This document shows, piece after piece, positions 62,630 to 64,000 of a stretch of DNA of 64,000 bases. This DNA comes from Leucoraja erinacea. Its lineage: Eukaryota. The stretch is from NCBI RefSeq assembly GCF_028641065.1, contig NC_073387.1, forward strand, positions 26,164,001-26,228,000, read 5' to 3'. Positions within the stretch are counted from its first letter, which is position 1; every line of letters starts with the position of its first letter. Made by a program: the position numbers and the translations under genes. Below the pieces are notes generated by a model. It was not told the DNA's origin and searched no databases. It saw only the letters and a program-made list of their open reading frames with translations.

Positions 62630-64000
62630 ACCTCACAGAAATTGAACAAGCTGCCGCAGGAAGTAGTTGAGTTAGGTACAGTAACAATTTATAAACGACA
62701 TTGGGACAGATACATAGATTTGGATTCAGAACTAGCTTATTCATAGAAAACGGTTGTGTTGGAAGGTAGATATTTTGTCAGGAGGTCTGTCACCAGTGGC
62801 TTCCATAAAGATCTCAGCTGGGACCTCTGCAGTTTGTGATATATATCAATGGCCTAGATGTAAGTTTACCGATGACAGCAACATTGGAGGAGCTGCAATC
62901 AGTGAGGAATGCTGTGAGAAGATACAGTGGGATATAGATTTGTTGCAGAAATGGCTGATGGAGTTAAACCTGAACATGTGTGAGGTGTTGCACTTTGGGA
63001 GGTTGAATGTCCGGAGAGACTACAGTTAATGAGTTAATGGCAAGATCCTTAACAGCATTGATGTGCAGAGGGATGTTGGAGTCCAAGTTCATAGCTCACT
63101 GAAGATAGCAGCACACATAGATAGGGCGGTGATGAAGGTGTATGGTATGCTTTCCTTCATTGTTAGGGACATTCAATATGTCAGGTGGTCATGATTTAGC
63201 TGTATGGGATCTTGGCTATGCCACACATGGAATATTGTGGCAGTTCTGATCATGCATTACAGGAAAGATGTCGAGGCTTTGGAGAGGGTGCAGAGGAGGT
63301 TTACCAGAATGTTGCCTGGATTAGAGGGTTTCAGATGATGGGAATGGTTGAATAGACAATAGACAATGGACAATAGACAATAGGTACAGGAGTAGGCCAT
63401 TCGGCCCTTCGAGCCAGCACTGCCATTCAATGTGATCATGGCTGATCATCCCCAATCAGTACCGCGTTCCTGCCTTCTTCCCATATCCCCCGACTCCGCT
63501 ATCTTTAAGAGCCCTATCTAGCTCACTCTTGAATGTATCCAAAGAACCAGCCTCCACCGCCCTCTGAGTCAGCTAATTCCACAGACTCACAACTCTGTGA
63601 GAAAAAGTGTTTTCTCATCTCCGTTCTAAATGCCTTACCACTTATTCTTAAACTGTGGCCCCTGGTTCTGGACTCCCCCAACATCCGGAACATATTTTCT
63701 GCCTCTAACGTGTCCAAACCCTTAAAATTTTTATGTTTCAATAAGATCCCCCTTTGTCCTAAATTCCAGAGTATTTGTCCTAAATTCCAGTCGCTCTATT
63801 CTCTCAGTATAACTGTTTCTTAAATGATGGGATAGTCCCAGCCTCAACTACCTCCTCTGGCAGCTTGTTACATACACACACCACCCTTTGTGTGAAAAAG
63901 TTACCCCTCGGATTCCTTTTAAATCTGTTCCCCTTCACCTTGATCCTGTGTCCTCTGGTCCTCAATTCCCCTACTCTGGGCACAAGACTGTGCATCTACC
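62630..64000. mobile_element. CR1 LINE fragments: old + copy ~62630-63350; - copies 63352-63775 and 63810-64000
   Basis: KFTDDS.IGG, CEVLHFGR; KGLDTLEA.NMF.MLGESRTRGHSL; RTRGHRIKVKG. Confidence 0.85.

Overview
Eukaryotic, repeat-dense vertebrate DNA. The repeat content (CR1/HER1-type LINEs, V-SINE/HE1-type tRNA SINEs, Penelope-derived elements) suggests a cartilaginous fish, probably a skate or ray; this is inference. The only supportable host gene is the 5' half of a TIM/HAVCR-family receptor on the + strand: signal exon 59311-59362, IgV exon 60141-60491, short mucin exon 62086-62175. Most other ORFs in the track are LINE fragments, their antisense shadows, or noise. The unusual part is about 3.3-38.7 kb, a locus built by repeated duplication and shuffling of a few private modules. 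These are (i) a T-tract/TCGA minisatellite, (ii) a repeated Pol II promoter-like cassette (tandem forkhead, E2F, CCAAT, GC-box, TTTAAA motifs), (iii) decayed coding-like modules I cannot assign to a family, and (iv) a ~14-kb array of about 17 units of ~620-830 bp, with higher-order structure, recurrent hairpins and a box C/D-like motif pair. It may be a small-RNA/lncRNA locus or an amplified relic of a virus or transposon; sequence alone cannot decide. Two tandem segmental duplications (9.5-21.2 kb and 46.8-59.1 kb) give filled versus empty insertion sites. Penelope-derived elements carry minimal hammerhead-like cores, one directly upstream of the TIM start codon. Coordinates were read by eye, and repeat boundaries are approximate.
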